Part shown: positions 33,748-43,891 of the stretch, in pieces
How the letters are laid out: every line of letters begins with the position of its first letter
Numbering within the stretch: the stretch's first letter is position 1
IMG/VR virus record: IMGVR_UViG_3300020045_007863
Coordinates: 1-48,495 of that record
DNA: 48,495 bases
Direction: 5' to 3' (one strand)
From: a virus
Lineage: Duplodnaviria > Caudoviricetes
Program-made: the position numbers and the translations under genes
Notes under the pieces: generated by a model
Told to the model about the DNA's origin: nothing
Database searches by the model: none
Seen by the model: the letters and a program-made list of their open reading frames with translations, nothing else

Positions 33748-36564
33748 CTATTCTCTGGTGATACGCGCGTAGACTTCAAAATGGACGTAGTCTACTGCTC
33801 CCGTTATCGTTCCAAATTCGAGTCTCATAATCTCGTCTGCGGTAAAGGTATCGTTGGTTGCAACGTCCGTGTCGGAGACTACGGAGGTGGTGCAGGTGAT
33901 GGTCTCGGTATCGTTTGTTGTACCATCGGTGATATTAAGTACCACAGATGTGCCGCTCGTAACGTAGCAACGATATTGGGTCAATTCCAGTCCGTCCTTG
34001 TTTGAACCTATAGGAAGCAATCCGCCGCTCACAAAAGCAAGAGATGTCGAGGCAATAGTCATGTCTTTTATTTTGAACTCATCGTGTGCAATGACACGCG
34101 CGGTTCCAGCCGAGTCTCCACACACGAACTGGTCATCAGTGGTGTCCCACGCACATTCTCCCGTCGCATCCACCGTATTCCCCGTGCCGTTCGGTATTTC
34201 AAGCGAAGTCGCTCCACCAAAGTCCCACGCACCAAGTAGAGTTACAACACCCGTTTCGAGTATCTCTATGACTTTCGTGGCGGCAGAGGTGTAAAGAGCC
34301 AATATTGAGGATACCCCGTTCCCTAAAATGGATAACTGTGATGATGGGGTCGTACTTCCAACACCGACATTCCCAGTGTTATTTATGACAAAATGAGTCG
34401 TCGTTGCAGACGCAGTCGAGCTTGCGATAGCAAAAAGCGTTGTGTTGGTCTCTCCGTTGTTGGCATGGACAGAGAGTTTTGTATAAGGAGAGGATGAACC
34501 TACCGAAAAGCGGTTGTTGGTGAAGTCTTGCCAGACGCCTGAATACGAAGTACTCGCTAGGGCAAATGTGCCAGACTGGTTAGGGGACGCGAGCGTAGGA
34601 AACCCTGTCGCATATTTGTCCTCCAAATAGAAATAAGAACTCGCACTTCCCACGCTTTTGAATCCCGAGGAAGAAAACGAGATACCCGCATTTGATATAT
34701 CCATGTAGGACAAACTATCAGGCGATTCTAACAGTGAACTTGCGTTTATCGTCAAACCACCGCCACCTGCTCCACGTATACCCGCACCGCTTGTTCCGAG
34801 CGTGATACCCGTTGTTCCGTTTAATCTCAAATTACCTGTAGTCGTTGCGCCACCAGAGATGGTGAGTCCTGTTGTCTGTCCCCCCGCTCCGACTGTTGTC
34901 GAGGCGTATGCGGTTAATCCCCCATTAAATTGGGTCAGTGTTGATGTAGCGTTGCCCGCAAGAGGGAATGGATACGAACCACCGCCACCTGCACCGCAAG
35001 CCGAGCCAGTTGACCCAAGTACACCCGACGCCCACGTACCGCACCCATCCGATACACCGGTATTGGTGAGTGAAGAACCTGATGGAATGACGATGTTGCC
35101 CGTGGTGTCAATCGTGGTGGTTGCTGTTGAACCGAAGTAAGCACGTCCTGCAGAAAGCTGCGTCGTAGAGGCTTGACCAGGGAAAATAACCAAACTAGGC
35201 AATGATAGCGTCCACGTTCTATCCGTTGATAAATCTTGTGCACCAGCAGATGAGGTGAGTTGGTTTGCGGTTCCGTTGATAGTTAATGCGCGGGTAGGAT
35301 TAAGCGGTGTGTACCCAAACAGAGACGATGATGCGAAACCGTACAATAGTCCGTTGTTGTTTCCGACAAGCCCCGATGCGAGGCCACTAATGGTAGTTGA
35401 GCCATTTGACACAAGACCACCCGAGAAAGTAAGCGTAGTTGATGTCGCGTTCAAAAGAAATGGGTACGCAAAACCCGACTTATTGTTAAAGGTCGTCCAG
35501 TCAGTAGAAGAAAGGCATCCAAATACTGAACCAGAAGCAGTATCGCAGTCAAAATCATTTGCGGTTCTGGTAAGTCCATCTCCAGCAGTCAAACCAGACT
35601 CGTATGTAGTGGTATCTACACTAAGAGTACCGACCCCACCCGATGTTATTACAAAACCGTTCCCTGTGAGGTTTGAGAGTGTCGCTATATTCTGTGAGGT
35701 ATTTACGCTAAACGCATTACCCGAGTAGGTAAGCCCTGTCCCAGCGGTAGTCGTAGCCGCTTTGTACACCAGTCCTGCTGCGTCTACCGCAAGCCCTCCC
35801 GAGGTAAGGCTAGGCAGCCATAGGGAGCCAAAGATAGTCTGCTGGGTACTCGAAGCGTTTACAAAATGAGAGGTCGAAGAAGCAAACAAGCCACTTTTAA
35901 GCCAAAGGGTAGGTGTTGAGGTGGAATAGACAACCTGTCCGTAGTTGGTGTCTGCGGAGAAGGGGAATGACCCACCACCGCCACTGCCACAAGCACTCCC
36001 TGTGCTCGAAAGTAATCCTTGTGCGCTAAGTGTGGCGCAACCTGCCGAGCCTATAGCCGAAAGTAATATAAAGTTGGTCGAAGATGCTGTGCCAGATACA
36101 GTTAAGCCGCCTGTTTGTGTGCCGTTACCGATGGTGGTTGAGGCATAAGCTGTCAGACCACCATTAAATTGAGTTAGCGATGATGTAGCGTTACCAGCAA
36201 GAGAAAATGGGTAGGTTCCCCCACCTCCGGTTATAGACCCACAGACTATCTGCCCTAGCGCATTAGTCGTAAGAGCACTTGACCCAGAGCAACTTAAAAT
36301 AGCCAAAATACCGAGATTAGTAGTAGTAGCAGTCCCTGATACTGTCAAACCTCCAGCTCCAGTACCATCACCAATCGTAGTAGACGCAAGGATAAGGTTA
36401 CTTGGGGCATAAAGACCCGTAGAACTCCCCACTAAAAGTTTTCCGCTTGGGTTTTGACCTGTTGGCGCACTGATTGAAGGAAACGTATAAAACACCGCTT
36501 GGGCGATACCAACGGTTCCTAAAAATAGGATTAGTGTAGAAAATGTTTTGTAAAATCGTTTCAT
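33748..36564 (-). CDS. Exported 938-aa fibre/adhesin-like Ser/Thr/Gly-rich repeat protein
   Basis: Signal peptide MKRFYKTFSTLILFLGTVGIAQA; many A[ST][ST][ST]; internal ~50-aa repeat; TGNVGVGSTTP fibre motif. Confidence 0.8.
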   Translation of the reverse strand: MKRFYKTFSTLILFLGTVGIAQAVFYTFPSISAPTGQNPSGKLLVGSSTGLYAPSNLILASTTIGDGTGAGGLTVSGTATTTNLGILAILSCSGSSALTTNALGQIVCGSITGGGGTYPFSLAGNATSSLTQFNGGLTAYASTTIGNGTQTGGLTVSGTASSTNFILLSAIGSAGCATLSAQGLLSSTGSACGSGGGGSFPFSADTNYGQVVYSTSTPTLWLKSGLFASSTSHFVNASSTQQTIFGSLWLPSLTSGGLAVDAAGLVYKAATTTAGTGLTYSGNAFSVNTSQNIATLSNLTGNGFVITSGGVGTLSVDTTTYESGLTAGDGLTRTANDFDCDTASGSVFGCLSSTDWTTFNNKSGFAYPFLLNATSTTLTFSGGLVSNGSTTISGLASGLVGNNNGLLYGFASSSLFGYTPLNPTRALTINGTANQLTSSAGAQDLSTDRTWTLSLPSLVIFPGQASTTQLSAGRAYFGSTATTTIDTTGNIVIPSGSSLTNTGVSDGCGTWASGVLGSTGSACGAGGGGSYPFPLAGNATSTLTQFNGGLTAYASTTVGAGGQTTGLTISGGATTTGNLRLNGTTGITLGTSGAGIRGAGGGGLTINASSLLESPDSLSYMDISNAGISFSSSGFKSVGSASSYFYLEDKYATGFPTLASPNQSGTFALASTSYSGVWQDFTNNRFSVGSSSPYTKLSVHANNGETNTTLFAIASSTASATTTHFVINNTGNVGVGSTTPSSQLSILGNGVSSILALYTSAATKVIEILETGVVTLLGAWDFGGATSLEIPNGTGNTVDATGECAWDTTDDQFVCGDSAGTARVIAHDEFKIKDMTIASTSLAFVSGGLLPIGSNKDGLELTQYRCYVTSGTSVVLNITDGTTNDTETITCTTSVVSDTDVATNDTFTADEIMRLEFGTITGAVDYVHFEVYARITRE

Positions 36565-36565
36565 G

Positions 36566-36868
36566 TTAAAATTCTACTCGAACAAATTGACTTGGATAAA
36601 AGCTCATCGTTATAGTTAAACCCGCAAGGGTATACCCGTAATTATTAAAGTATACCCCTCCGTCCGCATAAACACACCGCGGAGTTCGTGTACAAACAAA
36701 TGTAGCGTTTGTACCGTCTACTGCCCCACTCGGTGTCTCAAAGTTTGCAAACAGATTTGCAAACTGTATCTTTTTTGTTTCATTGGCGCTTATATCTACA
36801 AACACAAGGACGTCAGTTGCGTCTATTGTTGTTGCCTCTGTAAGCTCTGAGATTTTAAGATTAGCCAT
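36566..36868 (-). CDS. Fibre-associated structural protein
   Basis: MANLKISELTEAT..ETKKI N-terminus; ETPSGAVDGTNATF motif. Confidence 0.6.
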   Translation of the reverse strand: MANLKISELTEATTIDATDVLVFVDISANETKKIQFANLFANFETPSGAVDGTNATFVCTRTPRCVYADGGVYFNNYGYTLAGLTITMSFYPSQFVRVEF

Positions 36869-36873
36869 CGTAT

Positions 36874-37113
36874 CTATTCTAGCACCACAAAGTCACCATT
36901 TTCAGTGTGTATAAACTCCCCTGCCTCAGTCAGTAAGTACATGGTGAGGGTAGGTATAAGCCCCGTGGAAGGGTCGTAGCCCTCTACATAACTTGATTGT
37001 GCGTCAAGTCCCGTGATTGGGGGTATGTCTTCCTTTCCAATACGCCGAACCGACCTATCAAGCCTCGGCATTTTTATCTTAGGTCGGTATTGCATAGTTT
37101 TTCCAAATTCCAT
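36874..37113 (-). CDS. Small structural protein
   Basis: C-terminal YLLTEAGEFIHTENGDFVVLE motif; start uncertain. Confidence 0.5.
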   Translation of the reverse strand: MEFGKTMQYRPKIKMPRLDRSVRRIGKEDIPPITGLDAQSSYVEGYDPSTGLIPTLTMYLLTEAGEFIHTENGDFVVLE

Positions 37114-37153
37114 AGCACAGCCGTAATAGACGGCTGCACAAGGAACCAAGAAC

Positions 37154-37750
37154 TTACTGTGATTTTTCCTTGATAGGGACTATCGCAGACCACATCGCCC
37201 CAGGGCCGCTACCAGCAGGGAGATACGCTTTTATACGGACATACCTCATTGGAGCATCAATCGTTATTGAGTTATGTACTCGGGCAGTTATACCCAACAC
37301 ACTCGACGAAGCTACTCCTGAACCACCTAATGTCGCTGTAGTGGTTGCTATAGGAAACGAATAGTCTCTATAAGTACCCACCATGTTGGATGTGGTTGCT
37401 GTTACGGTAGCTAGTGACCTTGGGTACCAATCTATCCCATTGTTAGAGTCCTCGGGGCGCAAGTTAAGCACCGCAGGAGTACCTGACGAATGAAACTGGA
37501 ATACATACGTCACCTGGTCAAACTTTGTATCAGCTCCCACCTCAAACGAGTCGTACGTTATGGTCGTCGTTCCCGTTCCCGCTGTCATGTACGCTTGGGT
37601 TGTTGTCGACGTGCTATTAAGAGACTTGATTGGAGGGGTTTGACTCGGGTTGGCTCTAACTACAGTTGTAATTATCAACAGGGAAGCTGTTAAAAATATC
37701 ACTATAAAAAGAACAACGAATTGAAGCCATTTATGTATTATTGTCTTCAT
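37154..37750 (-). CDS. Exported/membrane-anchored beta-sandwich protein
   Basis: N-terminal hydrophobic helix ending VVRA-NPS; EDSNNGIDWY; RYVRIK. Confidence 0.7.
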   Translation of the reverse strand: MKTIIHKWLQFVVLFIVIFLTASLLIITTVVRANPSQTPPIKSLNSTSTTTQAYMTAGTGTTTITYDSFEVGADTKFDQVTYVFQFHSSGTPAVLNLRPEDSNNGIDWYPRSLATVTATTSNMVGTYRDYSFPIATTTATLGGSGVASSSVLGITARVHNSITIDAPMRYVRIKAYLPAGSGPGAMWSAIVPIKEKSQ

Positions 37751-37761
37751 AGTAGTGTCAA

Positions 37762-38073
37762 TTAGCCCTCCACCTCGTCTGCTGGTGTTGCAAGGTGCTC
37801 TTTAATACGCTCCTCCAAATCAGCTTTAGAGCCTGACTTTGAAAGTCCGAGGTCTTCTGCTTTTATCCTAAGTTCAACAAGAGTAAGTTCTTTTGGAGTA
37901 TCATCCACAACCTCATCTGCAACATAGTCTTCAACGGTTATTTGGTCGCCAAGGCGTTCTTTTGCTACACGCGCTGCTTCATCGCTCGCCAAACAACCCT
38001 CGGAATCAATCTCAAGCAAGGTACTGCCGTCGTATTGAAACGAGACAAGGTTTTCTGATGTTATTTTTTTCAT
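37762..38073 (-). CDS. SAP/HeH-domain protein
   Basis: LTLVELRIKAEDLGLSKSGSKADLEERIKEH. Confidence 0.75.
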   Translation of the reverse strand: MKKITSENLVSFQYDGSTLLEIDSEGCLASDEAARVAKERLGDQITVEDYVADEVVDDTPKELTLVELRIKAEDLGLSKSGSKADLEERIKEHLATPADEVEG

Positions 38074-38084
38074 AGTGGATTAAG

Positions 38085-38606
38085 TTAGCGGACAATAAGT
38101 ATACGAACAGTGGTAGTAGCTTGAATAAACGAAGAAGTAGCTGTACCAGTAAGATTCACAATGTTCACACCGATAACATTAGAAGTTGTGGCATACCCGT
38201 TACCGTTAGTAATGAACCCACCAAGAGGAGACTGAGCACCACTTGTATACGCACCAGCGCCAGCAGGAAGACCTACTATCACTGTGTCGCCAGAACGAGC
38301 ACCGGTAAACGCGCAGAAATACTCTTTAGAAGATGTCGCTGCATGTGAACCAGCTGTAGACTGTGATAAGTTACATGTTCCCTCTGCCATACCGCTGATT
38401 TTCCAGTTAGACCCATCGCGGGTTATGGCATCAGAACTGGTTGCAAATTGCATAGACAATATCTGCATATCTACATCGAACGCTCTCGACGCTTTTCCCA
38501 CAGAAATATCTGATGCCCCCATCCCCATAAACACGAACACAACACAGAGTGAAACAATCGCGCTTACGACTGCCCCGATGATTGTTTGTTTCATATCATT
38601 TTGCAT
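38085..38606 (-). CDS. Membrane-anchored/exported protein next to the capsid gene
   Basis: IIGAVVSAIVSLCVVFVFMGMG; GTCNL..C.FTGARSGDTVIV; five AT[ST][ST] motifs. Confidence 0.7.
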   Translation of the reverse strand: MQNDMKQTIIGAVVSAIVSLCVVFVFMGMGASDISVGKASRAFDVDMQILSMQFATSSDAITRDGSNWKISGMAEGTCNLSQSTAGSHAATSSKEYFCAFTGARSGDTVIVGLPAGAGAYTSGAQSPLGGFITNGNGYATTSNVIGVNIVNLTGTATSSFIQATTTVRILIVR

Positions 38607-38625
38607 GGGCTAGTAATAAGTATGA

Positions 38626-39750
38626 TTAAGAAGAATATGCTGCACTGTCACCCTTGCTTCCAAGGAAGTTTCGCCAGTCAACCCATCCGTACGACTTCTC
38701 TTGTTTGACTTTGTACATAACCGAATCTATAGAACCTTCACGCACAGTATCAGTTGAAAGTTCTACGAAAGGAATACACACCATACCCGTTCCTGTTTCT
38801 GGGTCACGCGACGAGTCATCAGAAAGAAACCACTGATTTGTGTTTGCCACGCCCGAGACATAGCTCGCAGCTAACAAGTAAGGAGAGGTGATGATACGAG
38901 TAAATTGTCCCTTGTGGATGTTTATCTGATTTTCCATTGAGTTCGTTACCCACTCAGACTGGTCAATCTCCTTTGCGAGACGAACAAGGTTGTTTGCAGG
39001 AGGAACAATGATAGTGACGTTGCCACCGAACATTGGCATTTCCTTGCCCACATCATCCTTAAAGGTTGCGCCCTGCTCACGGGCCGCATAATATGCCTCG
39101 TCGGAGAACGCGCGAGCATTACCCGAACTTTGTACTGCATTTGACTGAGTAGTCCCTGCATCAGCACGCGCATGGGAGATAGATACGAGGCGCTCTGCAA
39201 GCGCTGTGTTATTACCATCAAGACCCATGTTGCCGCGGACAAAGAAGCGTCCACCGCCTGCGCCAGTCGTAGGGAAAGAAGACGGCGCAGTAAAAGCTAA
39301 GTTAAAAGGCTCAAAAGGGTCTTTTACGTTAGTGCGGTCAATCTCAATAAGAAGTTTACGAGCGCGATTGAGCTGCGTTGCATACTGCTTGCCTTCTTTC
39401 TTTGAGCGTTCCTCGGGAATTATAAACGTACCTGCGTTTTGGTTATCAGGGTCAAACACCGCAGTTTCATACGTTCGGATGAACTCAACCTCAGGGTACG
39501 AGCCCCCCGCACGGCGAGTACCAAGTTCTTTAGCACCCGAAACTCCAACATGTCGCCATACAGCTCTGTCTCCGTCATCAGTAATACCAGAAACCATGGT
39601 GAACAAGGAGTCGCCCATACTGTCTGTCCCTAAAAGGGAATACTGCTGCAACGCACGGCTTGCTTTAAGTGCTTGGTCTTCGACTTTATCGAAGTCAGCG
39701 CGTACTCCTGCCAAGAATACGTCCGTAGCACCTTGATAGAATGTTTCCAT
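38626..39750 (-). CDS. Major capsid protein (HK97 fold, Mu gpT-like family)
   Basis: KDDVGK..IIVPP..INIHKG..SPYL..QWFL..YGWVDWR..GSKG; follows scaffold and decoration genes. Confidence 0.85.
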   Translation of the reverse strand: METFYQGATDVFLAGVRADFDKVEDQALKASRALQQYSLLGTDSMGDSLFTMVSGITDDGDRAVWRHVGVSGAKELGTRRAGGSYPEVEFIRTYETAVFDPDNQNAGTFIIPEERSKKEGKQYATQLNRARKLLIEIDRTNVKDPFEPFNLAFTAPSSFPTTGAGGGRFFVRGNMGLDGNNTALAERLVSISHARADAGTTQSNAVQSSGNARAFSDEAYYAAREQGATFKDDVGKEMPMFGGNVTIIVPPANNLVRLAKEIDQSEWVTNSMENQINIHKGQFTRIITSPYLLAASYVSGVANTNQWFLSDDSSRDPETGTGMVCIPFVELSTDTVREGSIDSVMYKVKQEKSYGWVDWRNFLGSKGDSAAYSS

Positions 39751-39768
39751 TGTGGTATAATGTTAAGA

Positions 39769-40281
39769 TTAAGCAGTAAAGCCAATCGTCTTGATAAAGT
39801 ACCCAGTAACATCCCTAGTGGTTCCGGGATTCAAGCCAAACGAAAAGAACTGCTTAGCGATAACTGTGGTAAAAGCAACAACACCGGACTCTGTAAGGAG
39901 AAGCCCTGTAGAATCAACCGCAAAGTTACCAAAAGCACTAGAATTGTCTGTAGTTTCACTGTCTGCATCAAGCGTTGCTCCAAACTCCATAGGGATAAAC
40001 AAAGGAAGGTACTCTGCCTGAATCATTGCAACAGTTACGTTATCCGAAGCTACCGCTTTAGAGTTAAGCTCCAAAACCTTACCATCTTTACCGACAAGCG
40101 AGTGGACAACACCCAAAAGAGCACCTGTGGTGCTACCACCAGTGAGAACAACTGACGTGTCACCTTGAACACCCGGGATAATAACCTCACCATTCGATAT
40201 AGTCTGAGAGTTATCTATAAGTGCCATCTTGAAGTCATTACCGGTGACTTGGCGTAGGGGTGTAAATTTATTATATGCCAT
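39769..40281 (-). CDS. Capsid decoration/cement-like protein
   Basis: Beta-rich 170 aa between scaffold and capsid; start MAYNKFTP inferred. Confidence 0.55.
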   Translation of the reverse strand: MAYNKFTPLRQVTGNDFKMALIDNSQTISNGEVIIPGVQGDTSVVLTGGSTTGALLGVVHSLVGKDGKVLELNSKAVASDNVTVAMIQAEYLPLFIPMEFGATLDADSETTDNSSAFGNFAVDSTGLLLTESGVVAFTTVIAKQFFSFGLNPGTTRDVTGYFIKTIGFTA

Positions 40282-40343
40282 AAATAAGGGAAATAACCTG
40301 CTAATAAGGGCAGGTTTCAAAAATGTTTCCCTGGGAAAATACT

Positions 40344-40982
40344 TTACTTAAAAACTCGTTTAGTCCCTTGCTCTACTTGGCGTTTGGCATCTTCAAGAGA
40401 AATACCCGTATCTTTTGCGTATTTTACTACTGCATCAGAATACTTCTTTTTCTCACCCTCTGATGGGGGGTTGTTGCCCATAGCCGCCTGCCGAGCAAGT
40501 TCTTCTGCGGCTTCCTGTTCGGCTAACGACCTTTCGTTTGAAAGAGTCATATAATCATTTGGCTTTGCCGCGGCAACTGCTGAGAGCAAATCTTCATATA
40601 TAAGGTCAGAATCCAACTTACCCGTGTCGAGACGTTTGAATTTATCCTCAACAAGAGCTCTTTCTTCTTCGGTAAGTTTCACCGAAGAAAATAACCTGTT
40701 CTTCGCTTTTAGAAGTTGCTCCTCACGAAACTGTTTCATTTCAGGAGTTTGTGGCTGGTTTTTCTCACGCTCTGCTTTCGCCGAAGATTCCAGTCGGTCT
40801 GCTTCGGCTTTTGCCGTAGCGACCCTTTCCTCCTCTGCTCGTTTTGCCCCACGGAGTCCAGCAACCTTGCCTTCTTCCTCTTTTGCAGCAGCCCGAGCGA
40901 ACGCATTAAACGCAACTAATTCCTCTGAAGTGAACTCGTCTAAAGTACCTTTTCCATCAAGAACATCTTGAAACTTCTGCAT
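40344..40982 (-). CDS. Scaffolding protein
   Basis: Charged, helical; position between portal and capsid; start MQKFQD inferred. Confidence 0.6.
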   Translation of the reverse strand: MQKFQDVLDGKGTLDEFTSEELVAFNAFARAAAKEEEGKVAGLRGAKRAEEERVATAKAEADRLESSAKAEREKNQPQTPEMKQFREEQLLKAKNRLFSSVKLTEEERALVEDKFKRLDTGKLDSDLIYEDLLSAVAAAKPNDYMTLSNERSLAEQEAAEELARQAAMGNNPPSEGEKKKYSDAVVKYAKDTGISLEDAKRQVEQGTKRVFK

Positions 40983-41104
40983 TGTGTATGTCCGGCGGCG
41001 ACATTGTTTACTCCGCCCGATGATTAACACGCCCTTTTATAATTAGAACCTCGATGGCGACTCGATTACCCACAGAGTACACCCCTACCTATATCAACAC
41101 CAAA

Positions 41105-41512
41105 TTATTTAGGCTCCTTCTTCTTTTTGAAGGCAGCTACCCCCTCAATAGACTTGTCGTGTTCTTCTTGCAATTTCCTCGCTTGCTCTCGTCGAGCGAC
41201 TTCGGCAATCGAAATAGTATCAGGAGCCTCCTCAGGAGGCGCGTCCCCTATAGCAACCATTTTCATAAGGATTTTCACCTGCAATAGCATCCCAAAAATA
41301 ACATCTACTTCTTTAGAATTTTGAGCAATCCGTCTTTGGAGAATAAACGCTTGCCATCTAAGCCACTGCTGCACCCTCTGTTGCTTTTCAGCTAAAATAG
41401 CGATTGCGGGTTCTTGCACCTTAAGAGGAATACGCTCATAAAAGTCCTCGACTAAAAAGTCATTGAACTCTTTTTCATACCGTTTATATATAAATTTTAG
41501 TAGTTTTTTCAT
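41105..41512 (-). CDS. Hypothetical protein downstream of the portal
   Basis: 135 aa, ATGA-coupled to the portal gene. Confidence 0.65.
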   Translation of the reverse strand: MKKLLKFIYKRYEKEFNDFLVEDFYERIPLKVQEPAIAILAEKQQRVQQWLRWQAFILQRRIAQNSKEVDVIFGMLLQVKILMKMVAIGDAPPEEAPDTISIAEVARREQARKLQEEHDKSIEGVAAFKKKKEPK

Positions 41513-43524
41513 ACGTTGTAGTCTTCTGATGGGATTCCTCCATTACTTTGACTACCAAACATAGTTCCTGTGGTACTCTGTAACATATTTCCCTGCATAT
41601 CTCCCATTCCTTTTCGGGACATCGCTTCCATATAATTAGGAGGAAGTTTGTACTCTTGTCCCCAAGTAGACATAAGTTGCGGCATCATTTTATCCGAAGC
41701 AAAGTTTGATATATGCTCTCCATTCTTTTCTGCCCATCGGAGGAACACCTTAGCAGGGTCAGCTAAGCCCATAGGAATGAACACGTTAATAAGTGGTTGC
41801 AGCACACCCTCGTTCCATGCTGCCTTCTCCAATTCCGAGGACTTTTCAGGCTCTAGTTTAATATCATCTATAGCAAACTCCAACAACTTATCGAGCGACT
41901 CTACAGGAAACTCAATTATATCTGTAGTCTTTCCGTTTGCTATAGAGCGTTCCACAGATTCAAAATACAAAGCTAATGCTTCTTGTGGTTTCTTCACTAT
42001 ACGAGCCTCAAGCCTGCCTACACCCCCGCGTGAAAGGGCAAAATTAGGAAGTGTTATAGAACGTATAATGTTTGCTTCCTGCCCCGCGTATTTACCTCCT
42101 GCATAAAACTGCAACGCTGTCTTTAACACCAACATAAGTTCTTGCTGCACCATGTCGAAGTACAACACCAGAGCGTTCCCGAGTGACTGCTGCTTCATGT
42201 TCTCCATAGCAATAATTTCTCTTGCAGCCTTTGGTTGTTTCGACGGAGCAATCTGCTGGCTGCCACCTTGTGCATGAGAGCTCATCACCCCTTGGAGAGA
42301 GTTCATCATTGTGTAGAAAGACCCCGAAGCCTCGTGGGTTTCTGCTTGCTTATACGCGTTTACATCCATAACAGGCACAACTTTTTTCCCTCCATATATA
42401 AACTCAGGTGCTTCAATATCGGAAGTAAGCCACGGAGGGTCAATCGAGCGAAGCTCTGTTTCCATCAACATAGAATATGACGTGTTAAGTAACCGATGCC
42501 CGTCTTTTATCTTAAAAGGCATTGAAAGACCATAAGCGAACTTATCATCAATCGGTTCATGCACTGACCACACATAAGGTTGCATTTTATGATGAAAAGG
42601 ATTTGGAGCAACTTTTGCTTTTTTACCTTTACTTAAAACATTTAATGGGATTCCTTGTGAAACAACTAACTTCTCATCTTTATCTGTATCAAACAGAGTA
42701 AAGACCTGCACCATATTAGAGGTATTTGCGCCTGAACCAAGCAACCCTAAATACAGAGAGTCTTCTGATATTTGATTCCCTGGCATAACATATTTAGCCA
42801 TAGGGGATTTACCGTACTCAGATGCCTTAAACCCTGTAAGAGTCATTTCTTGCTTACGAATAGTTTTCCCTTGAAGTTGTATGTTACGCTGCCACACTTT
42901 TGATAAATACATTTCTTCAATAGGAACAATCTCCACACGAACATCGTCCCACATTTTTTTCTTTCTTTCTTCTATTTTATAGTTGCCCGTTGCTGAATTG
43001 TATTCCGTTAAAAATCGTTTAACAGACTCTTTTCCGTCATACCCTACATAAAGGCACACCGTACCATTTACTATGCCGTACAGCGTCTCCCAAAATTTCT
43101 CCACACGGTCATTACTTTTCAATCGCCACTTTTTATAAATAGCTTGTAATACACGCGTGCCGTGCATAGAAAGTGTCTCTCCCGACATTTGCGGAGCGAT
43201 ATTTAGTGTTGAGATACGTCCGAGGAAGTCTAACACTTCTTTACGAATAAAAGGAAAAGAAAAATCCAATCCTAATTCTTTCAAATCTTCACTTTGTGTA
43301 ATGGTACTATTCCAAAAAAGCTCCCGAGAAATTTTCAAATAATCTTCAAAAGTGTTGTATTGCAACTGACGTATAGACCCAGAACGAGCGTTGCGTGATT
43401 CGTAAAACTCCGTATACAAATCACCCACAGCTTCTTGTATTGAGTCCGAAATCTCAATCCTATCTTCAAGCATCAAGTCCTCAGGACGAAGTTTTCCGTT
43501 AGTTTCCATATTGAACGACTCCAT
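41509..43524 (-). CDS. Portal protein (P22-like size class)
   Basis: 671 aa; YGIVNGT, NPFHH..PY..FAYGLS, KAAREI..; Gln/Met/Gly-rich tail; position in the head module. Confidence 0.75.
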   Translation of the reverse strand: MESFNMETNGKLRPEDLMLEDRIEISDSIQEAVGDLYTEFYESRNARSGSIRQLQYNTFEDYLKISRELFWNSTITQSEDLKELGLDFSFPFIRKEVLDFLGRISTLNIAPQMSGETLSMHGTRVLQAIYKKWRLKSNDRVEKFWETLYGIVNGTVCLYVGYDGKESVKRFLTEYNSATGNYKIEERKKKMWDDVRVEIVPIEEMYLSKVWQRNIQLQGKTIRKQEMTLTGFKASEYGKSPMAKYVMPGNQISEDSLYLGLLGSGANTSNMVQVFTLFDTDKDEKLVVSQGIPLNVLSKGKKAKVAPNPFHHKMQPYVWSVHEPIDDKFAYGLSMPFKIKDGHRLLNTSYSMLMETELRSIDPPWLTSDIEAPEFIYGGKKVVPVMDVNAYKQAETHEASGSFYTMMNSLQGVMSSHAQGGSQQIAPSKQPKAAREIIAMENMKQQSLGNALVLYFDMVQQELMLVLKTALQFYAGGKYAGQEANIIRSITLPNFALSRGGVGRLEARIVKKPQEALALYFESVERSIANGKTTDIIEFPVESLDKLLEFAIDDIKLEPEKSSELEKAAWNEGVLQPLINVFIPMGLADPAKVFLRWAEKNGEHISNFASDKMMPQLMSTWGQEYKLPPNYMEAMSRKGMGDMQGNMLQSTTGTMFGSQSNGGIPSEDYNV

Positions 43525-43822
43525 TACGAATAAGGCTAATTCCGTGCCGACGGGGAATCTCTACTTGGTCTTTAAGCGAGTTTTCCCCCATGTTGTGCGC
43601 TAACCCTACACGAATAAGTGGCACTAAGTGGTTCATACGCTCTGCCTTAGGAATATCGTAGAAGTTTTTGTTAGTAAAATTGAGTACATATTTCCCGTGG
43701 ATGCTTATAGAATAAATATCAAATCTCCCCTCCTGATAAGCGCTCGGAAAGTACGCCAACGACAACGGAAACTTGAATTTTCGGCAAGCCTCGTAAACAA
43801 AAGCAACAATTTCCTTCCGCAT
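43499..43822 (-). CDS. Hypothetical protein
   Basis: 107 aa; TGCTATACT extended -10 just upstream of the ATG, possibly leaderless. Confidence 0.6.
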   Translation of the reverse strand: MRKEIVAFVYEACRKFKFPLSLAYFPSAYQEGRFDIYSISIHGKYVLNFTNKNFYDIPKAERMNHLVPLIRVGLAHNMGENSLKDQVEIPRRHGISLIRNGVVQYGN

Positions 43823-43891
43823 GGCGCAAGTATAGCACCAGACTCTACAAAGGTGTTGTATACTGTTTATATTACTCGTTAGTTAAAAAAC

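Noticed and set aside
36868-36876. Readthrough or frameshift fusion of 36874..37113 with 36566..36868
   Set aside because: A 5-nt gap puts the genes out of frame, no slippery sequence is evident, and the downstream gene has its own ATG.
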